Shown here piece by piece: positions 55,611-64,000 of a DNA stretch of 64,000 bases. Position 1 is the stretch's first letter. The number at the start of each line of letters is the position of its first letter. The translations under genes were made by a program, and so were the position numbers. The stretch comes from an uncultured Bacilli bacterium (GTDB taxonomy: Bacteria > Bacillota_I > Bacilli_A > RF39 > UBA660). The notes beneath the pieces were generated by a model. The model had not been told where the DNA came from. It saw only the letters and a program-made list of their open reading frames with translations, and did no database searches. The stretch covers positions 3,757 to 67,756 of the forward strand of contig CAKPER010000004.1 in assembly GCA_934149245.1 (NCBI GenBank), in the 5' to 3' direction.

Positions 55611-56900
55611 ATGTTAGATATAAAATATGTTAGAGAAAATCCTGAAAAGGTTAAAGAAAATATTAAGAAAAAATTTCAGGATCAAAAGTTACCTCTTGTT
55701 GATGAAGTTATAAAGTTAGATGCTGATATAAGAGAACTTAAAGTTAAAGGAGATAATTTGCGTCAAGAGAGAAATACTATTAGTGATGAAATTGGAAAAT
55801 TGTTTAGAGAGAAAAAAGTGGATGAGGCAAATGCTAAGAAACAAGTAGTTGTTGATATTAATAAAAAACTTGAAGAAATAGAGTTAGAGGAGAGTAATCT
55901 TACGTTATCTTTAAAGAAAAAAATGATGGTTATTCCTCAGATTATGGATGATTCTGTTCCTGTTGGTAGAGATGATAGTGAGAATGTTGAAAATGAAAGA
56001 TTTGGTGAGCCTATTGTTCCAGAATATGAAATTCCATATCATGCAGATATATGTGCTAAATTTAGTGGAATAGATAAGGAAAGTGCTGGAAGAACTAGTG
56101 GAACTGGTTTTTATTACTTAGTTGGTGATATAGCTAGGTTACATTCTGCTTTACTTAGTTATGCTAGAGATTTTATGATTAATAAAGGTTTTACTTATTG
56201 TGTTCCTCCTTTTATGATTAGAGGAGATGTAGTTGATGGAGTTATGTCTTTTGATGAGATGGATGCTATGATGTATAAGATAGAAAATGAGGATTTGTAT
56301 TTAATTGGAACTAGTGAGCATTCTATGATTGGAAGATTTAAAGGACAAATAATTAATGAAAGTGATTTACCGATTGCAATGACTTCATATTCTCCATGTT
56401 TTAGAAAAGAAGTTGGTTCTCATGGCTTAGAGGAAAGAGGTTTATATAGAGTACATCAATTTGAAAAAGAGGAAATGATAGTTTTATGTAAACCAGATGA
56501 TGGAATGGATTGGTATAATAAAATGTGGAATTATACTGTTGAATTTTTTAGAAGTTTGGATGTTCCAGTTAGAACTTTGGAGTGTTGTAGTGGAGATTTA
56601 GCTGATTTAAAAGTTAAATCATGTGATGTTGAGGCATGGAGTCCTAGACAGAAAAAATATTTTGAGGTTGGCTCTTGCTCTATATTAGGAGATGCTCAAG
56701 CTAGAAGATTGGAAATTAGAGCTAAAGGTGAAAAGGGTAATTATCCATTATTTACTCTTAATAATACTGTAGTTGCGTCTCCACGTGGATTGATTGCTGT
56801 TTTGGAGAATAATTATCAAGAAGATGGTAGCGTTTTAATTCCAAAAGTTTTGCAATCGTATATGGGTGGAATAGAGAGATTAGTTCCAAAAGAAAAATAA
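55611..56900 (+). CDS. serS: Serine--tRNA ligase
   Basis: N-terminal coiled-coil arm (MLDIKYVRENPE...) and class II motifs (FRKEVGSHG..RGLYRVHQF; GSCSILGDAQARRL). The preferred start is ATG 55611, after GAGGG. Confidence 0.95.
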   Translation: MLDIKYVRENPEKVKENIKKKFQDQKLPLVDEVIKLDADIRELKVKGDNLRQERNTISDEIGKLFREKKVDEANAKKQVVVDINKKLEEIELEESNLTLSLKKKMMVIPQIMDDSVPVGRDDSENVENERFGEPIVPEYEIPYHADICAKFSGIDKESAGRTSGTGFYYLVGDIARLHSALLSYARDFMINKGFTYCVPPFMIRGDVVDGVMSFDEMDAMMYKIENEDLYLIGTSEHSMIGRFKGQIINESDLPIAMTSYSPCFRKEVGSHGLEERGLYRVHQFEKEEMIVLCKPDDGMDWYNKMWNYTVEFFRSLDVPVRTLECCSGDLADLKVKSCDVEAWSPRQKKYFEVGSCSILGDAQARRLEIRAKGEKGNYPLFTLNNTVVASPRGLIAVLENNYQEDGSVLIPKVLQSYMGGIERLVPKEK

Positions 56901-56920
56901 TTTTTAAGAGGTGAATTTTT

Positions 56921-57601
56921 ATGTCAAAAATTATAAAGACTAAAGAGCGAGGCAATTTAATTGTTATAAGTGGTCCTAGTGGTGCTGGTAAGGGAACTAT
57001 CGTTGATGGCTTAAAGAAGGTTAATGAGAATATATGGGTTTCTATTTCAATGACTAGTAGAGAACCTAGGAAAAATGATATTCCAGATGAAACTTACTTT
57101 TTTGTTAGTCGTGAAGAATTTGAAGAGAGGATATCTAGGGGAGAATTTTTAGAATATGCTATATATAATGAAAATTATTATGGAACTCCTAGAGATAAAA
57201 TTGCTCATAAATTAGAACAAGGTTATGATGTTGTCTTGGAGATAGAAATTCAAGGGGCTTTAAAGGTAAAAGAACTAGTTGATGATGCTATATTTATATT
57301 TATTTTACCACCTTCTATGAAGGAATTGCGAAATCGTCTTGTGAATAGAGGAACAGATAGCAAGGAAAAAATTCTAAATAGATTTAAAAGAGCTTATCAA
57401 GAAATAAATGAGGTTACTAAATATAATTATGTTGTTATAAATGATGATATAGATAAAGCTGTAAAGAAAGTTAATGCTATTCTTCTTAGTGAAAGATGTA
57501 GAGTTGATAGAATAGAAGATGTATATTTAAATAATATGGAAGAAGAAGTTCATGAGTTATTAATTGATAAAGAATTTGAAAATAAAGATATAGAAATATA
57601 A
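56921..57601 (+). CDS. gmk: Guanylate kinase
   Basis: P-loop GPSGAGKGT, SMTSREPR, and EYA..NENYYGTP. Confidence 0.93.
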   Translation: MSKIIKTKERGNLIVISGPSGAGKGTIVDGLKKVNENIWVSISMTSREPRKNDIPDETYFFVSREEFEERISRGEFLEYAIYNENYYGTPRDKIAHKLEQGYDVVLEIEIQGALKVKELVDDAIFIFILPPSMKELRNRLVNRGTDSKEKILNRFKRAYQEINEVTKYNYVVINDDIDKAVKKVNAILLSERCRVDRIEDVYLNNMEEEVHELLIDKEFENKDIEI

Positions 57602-57695
57602 TTGAAAAAGATGTTGATAAAAGGTTTTTTATTGCAATTGTAAAAATCTTTTTTTTGTTTTATAATTAATTTAATATTTTAGAAAGAGGTGTGTT

Positions 57696-60600
57696 ATGGT
57701 TAAGTTTAAAACTATGGATGCAAATGAGGCCGTTTCTTTAGTGGCGTATAAATTTAGTGAAGTATGTGGTATTTATCCTATTACTCCAGCATCACCTATG
57801 GCTAGTTATGTTGATAGAATGAGTAGCTGTGGTGAGAAGAATTTTTTTGATAATACGGTTAAAGTTATTGAAATGCAAAGTGAAGCTGGTGCGGTTTCTT
57901 TAGTGCATGGTGCTTTACAAAGTGGGGCTTTAGCTACTACTTTTACAGCGAGTCAAGGTTTATTATTGATGATTCCAACACTTTATAAAATGGCTGGGGA
58001 GCTTTTGCCTGCTGTTATACATGTTGCAGCTAGGAGTTTATCTACACATGCTCTTAGTATTTTTGGTGATCATCAAGATGTGTATGCTTGTTTAAATACA
58101 GGAGCTTGTATGTTATCATCTAGTAGTGTGGAAGAGGCATATTATATGGCAATTATAAGTCATTTATCTTCTATTGCTGCAAGTTTACCTATTATCAATT
58201 TTTTTGATGGCTTTAGAACAAGTCATGAAATTGATAAAATTAGAATAACTGATATGGAGAAAATTGCTAGCTTGATTGATAAGGATAAGTTGGATGAATT
58301 TAGGAAGAAGGCTTTGAATGCTAATACTCCTAATTCTAGAGGAATGGCAGAAAATGATGATATATATTTTCAACATACAGAAGCTAGAAATATTAATTAT
58401 ATAAATAGTGTAAATTATATTGCAAAGTATATGGAAAAAATTAGTAAACTTTGTGATTTGGATATAAGGCCTTATAATTATTATGGTTCAAATAACGCTA
58501 AATATATTATAGTTGCTATGGGAAGTGTCGTTAGTACTATTAGGGAAGTGGTTGGTCTTTTAAATAAAGATGATGATTGTTATGGAGTAGTTGATGTTCA
58601 TATGTTTAGACCTTTTAGTGCAGATTATTTAGTTGATGTTGTTCCTGATAGTGTTAGAAAAATAGCTGTTTTAGATAGAAGTAAGAGTTTTGGTTCTAAT
58701 GGAGAACAATTGTATTTAGATGTTCTTAGTGCATTTTATTGTAAAAATATTAAAATTTATGGCGGAAGATACGGCCTTTCTTCTAAGAATACTACGCCTA
58801 ATGATATTAAGGCAATATATGACGCTATGATAAATAATATTATTCATAATAATTTTACTGTTGGAATAAATGATGATGTAACTAATTTGAGCTTGAAATA
58901 TTTAACTGATTTTCATTTGCCATTATCTAAGGTCGAGGCTAAAATATATGGTTATGGTTCTGATGGAATGGTTTCAACTATTAAAGATTTAATAAAAATA
59001 GTGGGTGATAATACAGATAATTATGTTCAAGGATATTTTCAATATGATAGTAAAAAAAGTGGAGGAGTTACTAGATGTCATGTTAGAATGGATGATAGGC
59101 CTATATTAAAAACTTATTATGTTGAGCAAGCTAATTTTATTGTTATTAGTAAGGATAATTATATATACAGATATGATATTTTAGATGAAATTGCTGATTA
59201 TGGAACTCTTTTACTTAATACAAGTTTAGGTGATTTGGAACTTATTAAAAGTTTACCTAATAAGGTTAAACATTTAATTGCTGTAAAAAAGATTAATTTT
59301 TATGTTATAGATGCTAGTAAAATTGCTGGAGAGTGTGGACTTGGTAATAAGATTGGAACTTGTATGGAAAGATGTATATTTCATTTGTTTAAAATTATAG
59401 ATGATGATGTTGTTAGAAAAATTATGTATGATACTAATCACAAACGTTTTATTGATAAGGGAGATGATGTTGTTGCTAAGAACAATATGGTAGTTGATAA
59501 ATCACTTTCTGAATTGAGAAAAATTGATATTAGTGATAGCTTTTTAGATGCTGAGTTTTTTGATGATGTTTCACATGATTTTAATACAATTATTAATAAT
59601 CTAAAAGGTGATAGTTTACCAGTTAGTGCTTTTTTGGATAAATCTAGTGGAATTTTTTCACCAGGTAGTTCTAAATATGAGAAAAGAGAAGTTGCTTCTT
59701 TAGTTCCTTGTTGGATAAAAGAAAATTGTATTCAGTGCAATCAATGTAGTTTTGTCTGTCCGCATGCTGTTATTAGGCCTTTTTTGTTAGAAGATAGGTG
59801 TGATAATATTGAAACTGTTTCTTCAATGTTTCCTAAAAATCTTAATTATACAATAGGTGTTTCTTATAAGGATTGTACTGGTTGTGGGTTATGCTATAAT
59901 ACTTGTCCTGGTAAAATGGGTAAAAAGGCTATCAAGATGGTTGATTATAATAAGAAAGAATGTCGACAAGAGATTTTTGATTATTTATTGTCTAATAATG
60001 TTAATGATAAATATAAGTTTAAAAACTTGAATGTTAAATCTGAGGGGTTTATTGCTCCTAAATTTGAATTTAATGGTAGCTGTAGTGGTTGTGGTGAGAC
60101 ACCTTACTTAAAGAATTTAACACAAGTATTTGGAGAGAAATTGTATATTGCTAATGCTACAGGGTGTTCTTCTATATATGGTGGTAGTGTGCCTAGTACT
60201 CCGTATAGTATTCCTTGGGCTAGTAGTTTATTTGAAGATAATAGTGAATATGGTTTAGGTATAAAAAAAGGACTAGATGTTAGACGAGAAAAAATAGCTT
60301 ACTATATGCAACAAAATCTTGATAAGGAATATGATTTATTTAATAAATGGCTTAATAATAGAGATGATTATGAATTATGTTTGGAAGTTTATAATAATAT
60401 TGATTATAATAGGCATAAATATTTACAAGATTTAAAGGGATATATTTTGCCTAATGTTTTGTGGATAGTTGGTGGTGATGGTTTTGCTTATGATATAGGA
60501 TATGGTGGTTTAGATCATGTTTTATCTAGAAATGATGATGTAAATATTTTGGTGTTAGATACAGAGGTTTATTCGAATACTGGTGGTCAGACATCTAAAT

Positions 60601-61091
60601 CGTCTAATTTTGGGGCTGTTGCAGCGTTTTCTAGTGATGGTAAGAGATCTTTTAAAAAAGATTTGGCTCGAATTGCTATGTGCTATCCTCATGTTTATGT
60701 TGCTTGTTGTAATATTGGCTATAATAAGGAACAATATATTAAAGCTCTTTTGGAGGCTGCAAACCATAAGGGACCTTCTATTATTATTGCTTATTCCCCT
60801 TGTATTGAACATGGTATAAGAAGAGGAATGAGTTATAGTATGATGGAGGGAGAATTGGCTACTAAATGTGGATATTTTCCAATATTTAGATGTAATCCGG
60901 ATAAAGATTTATTTACTATGGATAGTAAGAATGTAGATTTTTCTTTATATGAAGATTTTTTAAATAATGAAAATAGGTTTGTTAGACTTAAGAGTATTGA
61001 TAGAAAAAGTGCTAATTATTTGTTAAATACTCAAAAAGAATGGGCTATTAAAAGATATAATTACTATAATAAAATGGATTCTGATAATTAA
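57696..61091 (+). CDS. nifJ: Pyruvate:ferredoxin (flavodoxin) oxidoreductase, single-polypeptide PFOR
   Basis: 1131 aa. Two 4Fe-4S ferredoxin motifs (CIQCNQCSFVCP, CTGCGLCYNTCP), a TPP-binding GGDGFAYDIGYGGLDH...NTGGQ, and an N-terminal PFOR domain I. Confidence 0.97.
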   Translation: MVKFKTMDANEAVSLVAYKFSEVCGIYPITPASPMASYVDRMSSCGEKNFFDNTVKVIEMQSEAGAVSLVHGALQSGALATTFTASQGLLLMIPTLYKMAGELLPAVIHVAARSLSTHALSIFGDHQDVYACLNTGACMLSSSSVEEAYYMAIISHLSSIAASLPIINFFDGFRTSHEIDKIRITDMEKIASLIDKDKLDEFRKKALNANTPNSRGMAENDDIYFQHTEARNINYINSVNYIAKYMEKISKLCDLDIRPYNYYGSNNAKYIIVAMGSVVSTIREVVGLLNKDDDCYGVVDVHMFRPFSADYLVDVVPDSVRKIAVLDRSKSFGSNGEQLYLDVLSAFYCKNIKIYGGRYGLSSKNTTPNDIKAIYDAMINNIIHNNFTVGINDDVTNLSLKYLTDFHLPLSKVEAKIYGYGSDGMVSTIKDLIKIVGDNTDNYVQGYFQYDSKKSGGVTRCHVRMDDRPILKTYYVEQANFIVISKDNYIYRYDILDEIADYGTLLLNTSLGDLELIKSLPNKVKHLIAVKKINFYVIDASKIAGECGLGNKIGTCMERCIFHLFKIIDDDVVRKIMYDTNHKRFIDKGDDVVAKNNMVVDKSLSELRKIDISDSFLDAEFFDDVSHDFNTIINNLKGDSLPVSAFLDKSSGIFSPGSSKYEKREVASLVPCWIKENCIQCNQCSFVCPHAVIRPFLLEDRCDNIETVSSMFPKNLNYTIGVSYKDCTGCGLCYNTCPGKMGKKAIKMVDYNKKECRQEIFDYLLSNNVNDKYKFKNLNVKSEGFIAPKFEFNGSCSGCGETPYLKNLTQVFGEKLYIANATGCSSIYGGSVPSTPYSIPWASSLFEDNSEYGLGIKKGLDVRREKIAYYMQQNLDKEYDLFNKWLNNRDDYELCLEVYNNIDYNRHKYLQDLKGYILPNVLWIVGGDGFAYDIGYGGLDHVLSRNDDVNILVLDTEVYSNTGGQTSKSSNFGAVAAFSSDGKRSFKKDLARIAMCYPHVYVACCNIGYNKEQYIKALLEAANHKGPSIIIAYSPCIEHGIRRGMSYSMMEGELATKCGYFPIFRCNPDKDLFTMDSKNVDFSLYEDFLNNENRFVRLKSIDRKSANYLLNTQKEWAIKRYNYYNKMDSDN

Positions 61092-61205
61092 AATTAGAAT
61101 CCATTACTTTACTTTTTTTGTTTTTTTAGTGTAAAGTGTTGTGTAAAATATTTTTACTATTTTTAGTTGATGGTATAATTGTTGTTATAGATAGGAGTGT
61201 TGTTG

Positions 61206-61478
61206 ATGGCTAGTGAAACTAAAAAGAGTGTATCAAAAGATGAAAAAAAGGTAGTTTCTAAGAAAAGAAGAATAAAAAATAGTAAGATTAGATTAAAAAC
61301 GGATAAACAGATGAATAAAGAAGCAGTTATAGAAGAAAATGTTTCTTTATTATCAATGCTGATTATTGTGATTATATGTATTGTTGTGGGAATTTTTCTT
61401 GCGGTTATACTATATGATTTAGCCCTTAGTAGTAGTGGATTAATTTTTAATGATTTTTTAAAAACTTTAATAAGCTAA
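61206..61478 (+). CDS. Hypothetical small membrane protein (Lys-rich N-terminus, one TM helix)
   Basis: ATG 61206 lies 8 nt after TAGGAG. A single hydrophobic helix, LLSMLIIVIICIVVGIFLAVILY. No family is recognised. Confidence 0.4.
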   Translation: MASETKKSVSKDEKKVVSKKRRIKNSKIRLKTDKQMNKEAVIEENVSLLSMLIIVIICIVVGIFLAVILYDLALSSSGLIFNDFLKTLIS

Positions 61479-62614
61479 TTTCTTTTGTAAATTGGAGGTT
61501 GTTTATACTCTTTTTCTATTATGTTTTTATTTAATGGTAGTGAATATATTTTTGCAACTCTAAATTCTATGTCTAGTAGTGGAGATAGATTAGGCTTGTA
61601 GTTTGTTATTAAAGGGACTTTTAAGTCTTTTTTTATTTGGTTTAGATATAGTCTGCCTTTTTGGGAAAAACCTAATACTCTTATATAATCTATATTTAGA
61701 TTGCTAGACTCATCTTTTGTAAAGTTTGTTAAAATATGAATAAGCATTCTGTTTACCTTATTATATGTGTAGCGTTTATTTTTTATTTTTTCTACTAGTT
61801 CTTTCCAGGAATTTACGCTATTAATAACTTTATTAATTCTGTTTTCAATTCCTTCATCTACTGTTTTGTAGATTGCTAAATTTGTAGAGGTTATTATTTT
61901 GTATTTTATATATGGAAAGTATGATTCAAGAGAAAGATTTTGATAGAGATAATCTGTTTGGTATTTGGGAATATAATTTGTTATGTCTTTTTTTTCTCTT
62001 ATTAGAGTTCTTATTAAAGTTGCACTTGCTATTTTTTTTGAGGCTATTTTGGAATGATAATCTATTGTTCTTTTTATTGAGACGGTATTAATTTTATAAT
62101 TGTTTCTTATTATTTCTTTTATGTATGATATTCCTAATAAATCGTTTGGTGATGAAGTTGTGTATCCTAATATGTCTTTTAAACTATTACTCATGGCTGT
62201 TGGATAATTTATTCCTTGATTTAAATATGTTTTAACTTTTTCATCATACTTTTTATTATTTAGCTGGGTTGATGCAAGTTTTTTTAGTTTATTTATATCA
62301 TTGCTTTCACTACCAAATATTAAAGTATCAATTTGTAGAAAATTTAATATTTTTAATGCTCCCTTTGCAAAAATATCGGCTGATTGTGTTGCATATGGAA
62401 AGGGGAGTTCTATCACGAGGTCTATGTTATTATCTAGGGCTATTTTTGTTTTGTCCCATTTATTTATTATAGAAATATCACCTCTTTGAGTGAAATATGA
62501 ATTTGTAATTAGTATGATGATGGAGTCTGGATATAATCTTTTTATTTCTTTTATTTGATATATATGACCATTATGTATTGGATTGTATTCAGCTATTAAA
62601 CCAATTCTTTGCAT
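61475..62614 (-). CDS. tmcAL: tRNA(Met) cytidine acetate ligase TmcAL (YlbM/DUF795 nucleotidyltransferase)
   Basis: N-terminal GLIAEYNPIHNGHIYQI (HxGH nucleotidyltransferase). The preferred start is the ATG at 62614 (GAGGTGA 5 nt upstream). Confidence 0.85.
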   Translation of the reverse strand: MQRIGLIAEYNPIHNGHIYQIKEIKRLYPDSIIILITNSYFTQRGDISIINKWDKTKIALDNNIDLVIELPFPYATQSADIFAKGALKILNFLQIDTLIFGSESNDINKLKKLASTQLNNKKYDEKVKTYLNQGINYPTAMSNSLKDILGYTTSSPNDLLGISYIKEIIRNNYKINTVSIKRTIDYHSKIASKKIASATLIRTLIREKKDITNYIPKYQTDYLYQNLSLESYFPYIKYKIITSTNLAIYKTVDEGIENRINKVINSVNSWKELVEKIKNKRYTYNKVNRMLIHILTNFTKDESSNLNIDYIRVLGFSQKGRLYLNQIKKDLKVPLITNYKPNLSPLLDIEFRVAKIYSLPLNKNIIEKEYKQPPIYKRN

Positions 62615-62734
62615 AAAAATCACCTCTTTTAGAACATAATAACATAAATTTATTAAAATATGTTAAATTATGTTAGCAAGTTGCAAAAAAAAACTAGGAG
62701 TGATATAATCTTTTAGAAAGAAAGAGGTAAATTT

Positions 62735-64000
62735 ATGAAAGTTAAAAAAAATAATTTTTCTAAAGAAGATGTGATGAAAAAAGTAAAAAATTTTTGTAAG
62801 AAGTTAAAAAAGAAATATACTATGATTTTTAAAAATTATCCACTTTTGGTGTTTTTTGTTATTTCTGTTTTATTTAATTCGTTTTTGCTTAGAGCTATAA
62901 CGGTTCATAATTTCTTTTACATTAAACCTTTAGTTATGGATTTGGCTATGATATTTATAATATCGTCTTTGGGTTTTTTGTTTAAAAGTAATAAGAGTAG
63001 GGATAGGTATTTTATATTTTTTTCTATTTTTACTTCGATAGTTTGTGTAATTCATTCGATATATTATTCATATTATGATTCTTTTGCTTCTATTTCTTTA
63101 CTTGCTACTTCAACTTTTGTTGTAGATGTTGGTGATGCTGTTGTTGAAAAAGTTATGAGAATTCAGGATTTTATTTATTTATGGCAACCAATTTTTATGT
63201 TTTATGTTTTATATCATATAAAGAAAAAAAATAAAAAAGTTAATATTATGTCAAGAAAGTTTGGATTTGTTAATTTGTCTTTAACTGGATGTGTGTTGCT
63301 TGGCGTAGGAAGTGCTCTTATGAGTCCTACTGAATGGAGCAGGTTTGGTAAAATGTGGAACAGGGAATCAGTTGCTTCTAGTTTTGGAATATTTGCTTAT
63401 CAAGCTAATGATATCATTCAGAGTTTAGAGCCAAAAATTAACAATTTATTTGGACATGATAAAGCGTTGAGATATGTTAATGATTATTATAAGAAGAATA
63501 GTGTTAATGATTCTAAAAATGAGTATAGTGATGTTTTTAAAGGGAAAAATGTTATTGTTATTCATGCTGAGAGTTTGCAAACAATTGCTTTAAATAGAGA
63601 ATTTGAAGGTAAGGAAGTTACTCCTACTTTGAATAGACTTTCTAAAGAAGGGGCTTATTTTAGTAATTTTTATTCTGAGGTTGGAGTAGGAACTAGTAGT
63701 GATGCTGAATTTACATTTAGTACCTCACTTATGCCATCTAATAATGGAACTGTATTTGTAAATTATTTTGATCGTGATTATAATACAATTCAGAAAATGT
63801 TTAAGAGTAATGGTTATTATACATTTAGTATGCATGGTAATACTGGAGATTTTTGGAATAGGGCTACTATGCATGAAAATATGGGGTATGATAAATTTTA
63901 TAGTAAAAGTTCATTTAAAATAGATGAAACAATTGGATTAGGAATTAGTGATAAGTCATTTTTTAAGCAAGTGGTTCCTAAAATAAAAAAGATAAAAGAG
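62735..64000 (+). CDS. ltaS: Lipoteichoic acid synthase-like sulfatase-family protein (3' end outside the window)
   Basis: ATG 62735 follows AAGAGG. The frame is open to the window end (422 codons). N-terminal TM helices are followed by an extracellular domain with VIVIHAESLQ...PTLNRLSKEGAYFSNFY...GTSSDAEF (LtaS catalytic Thr region). It is absent from the ORF track because no stop codon lies in the window. Confidence 0.85.
   Translation, partial: MKVKKNNFSKEDVMKKVKNFCKKLKKKYTMIFKNYPLLVFFVISVLFNSFLLRAITVHNFFYIKPLVMDLAMIFIISSLGFLFKSNKSRDRYFIFFSIFTSIVCVIHSIYYSYYDSFASISLLATSTFVVDVGDAVVEKVMRIQDFIYLWQPIFMFYVLYHIKKKNKKVNIMSRKFGFVNLSLTGCVLLGVGSALMSPTEWSRFGKMWNRESVASSFGIFAYQANDIIQSLEPKINNLFGHDKALRYVNDYYKKNSVNDSKNEYSDVFKGKNVIVIHAESLQTIALNREFEGKEVTPTLNRLSKEGAYFSNFYSEVGVGTSSDAEFTFSTSLMPSNNGTVFVNYFDRDYNTIQKMFKSNGYYTFSMHGNTGDFWNRATMHENMGYDKFYSKSSFKIDETIGLGISDKSFFKQVVPKIKKIKE

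Noticed and set aside
4320-62489. About 28 further short ORFs in the track that lie antisense or out of frame inside confident genes: 4320-4517, 5575-5775, 6219-6458, 7578-7934, 13282-13503, 14046-14231, 14968-15294, 15608-15874, 25732-26001, 32774-32956, 35536-35811, 36666-36887, 37738-37956, 42412-42681, 42482-42706, 42956-43147, 45235-45435, 48086-48367, 52404-52661, 52850-53083, 54318-54527, 55133-55351, 56758-56955, 58185-58376, 60555-60812, 60583-60819, 62269-62472, 62301-62489.
   Set aside because: Each is fully or largely nested in a longer ORF with clear family motifs. Their translations are I/L/F/S-rich, as expected from reading AT-rich coding DNA in the wrong frame, and none has a plausible SD plus start.
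1-64000. I scanned for CRISPR arrays, transposases, integrases, phage genes, tRNA genes and rRNA genes.
   Set aside because: None were seen. There are no regularly spaced repeat-spacer arrays, no recombinase-like ORFs, and no GC-rich structured RNA segments other than the SRP RNA.

Overview
This window is the chromosomal replication-origin neighbourhood of a very AT-rich, spore-forming, anaerobic Bacillota (Firmicutes) genome. It uses the standard genetic code: TGA is a stop at the rsmI/pth ATGA overlap, 29292-29295. I cannot name the species from sequence alone.

Gene order:
- Left of the origin, minus strand: noc-slot ParB-like gene, rsmG, mnmG, mnmE, an MscS channel, jag, yidC, rnpA, rpmH (found by hand; too short for the ORF track).
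- At the origin: an orphan HerA/DUF87 ATPase, two tandem terminators, a DnaA-box cluster, dnaA, a second DnaA-box cluster plus an A/T-only run, dnaN, a ComK-family gene, recF, gyrB, gyrA.
- Next: about 1.8 kb with no credible gene and extreme AT content. It holds three parS-like palindromes, each followed 6-9 nt later by a DnaA box, plus five further boxes. It ends at a small SRP RNA (also absent from the ORF track).
- Then the Bacillus-like housekeeping and sporulation run: dnaX, ebfC, recR, bofA-like, holB, yaaT/ricT, rsmI, pth, mfd, [DUF2974 hydrolase, Zn-ADH, hsp20], spoVT, yfhO(-), dut, metG, tatD, SleB-like hydrolase, rsmA, yabG, veg, spoVG, yabP, yabQ, divIC, ftsH(-), tilS(-), unknown ORF, soj, spo0J, FemAB(-), M15 peptidase(-), csp, unknown(-), serS, gmk, PFOR, small membrane ORF, tmcAL(-), ltaS-like (3' partial).

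I saw no CRISPR array, transposase, integrase, tRNA or rRNA.

The signals most worth follow-up all concern origin and segregation:
- the three composite parS + DnaA-box modules in the gene-free tract;
- a ParB paralogue with a roughly 300-aa Q/N-rich linker;
- a partner-less HerA ATPase between rpmH and oriC;
- soj-spo0J relocated to the opposite replichore from the noc slot.

All function calls rest on motif recognition by eye and on synteny. No database search was possible.
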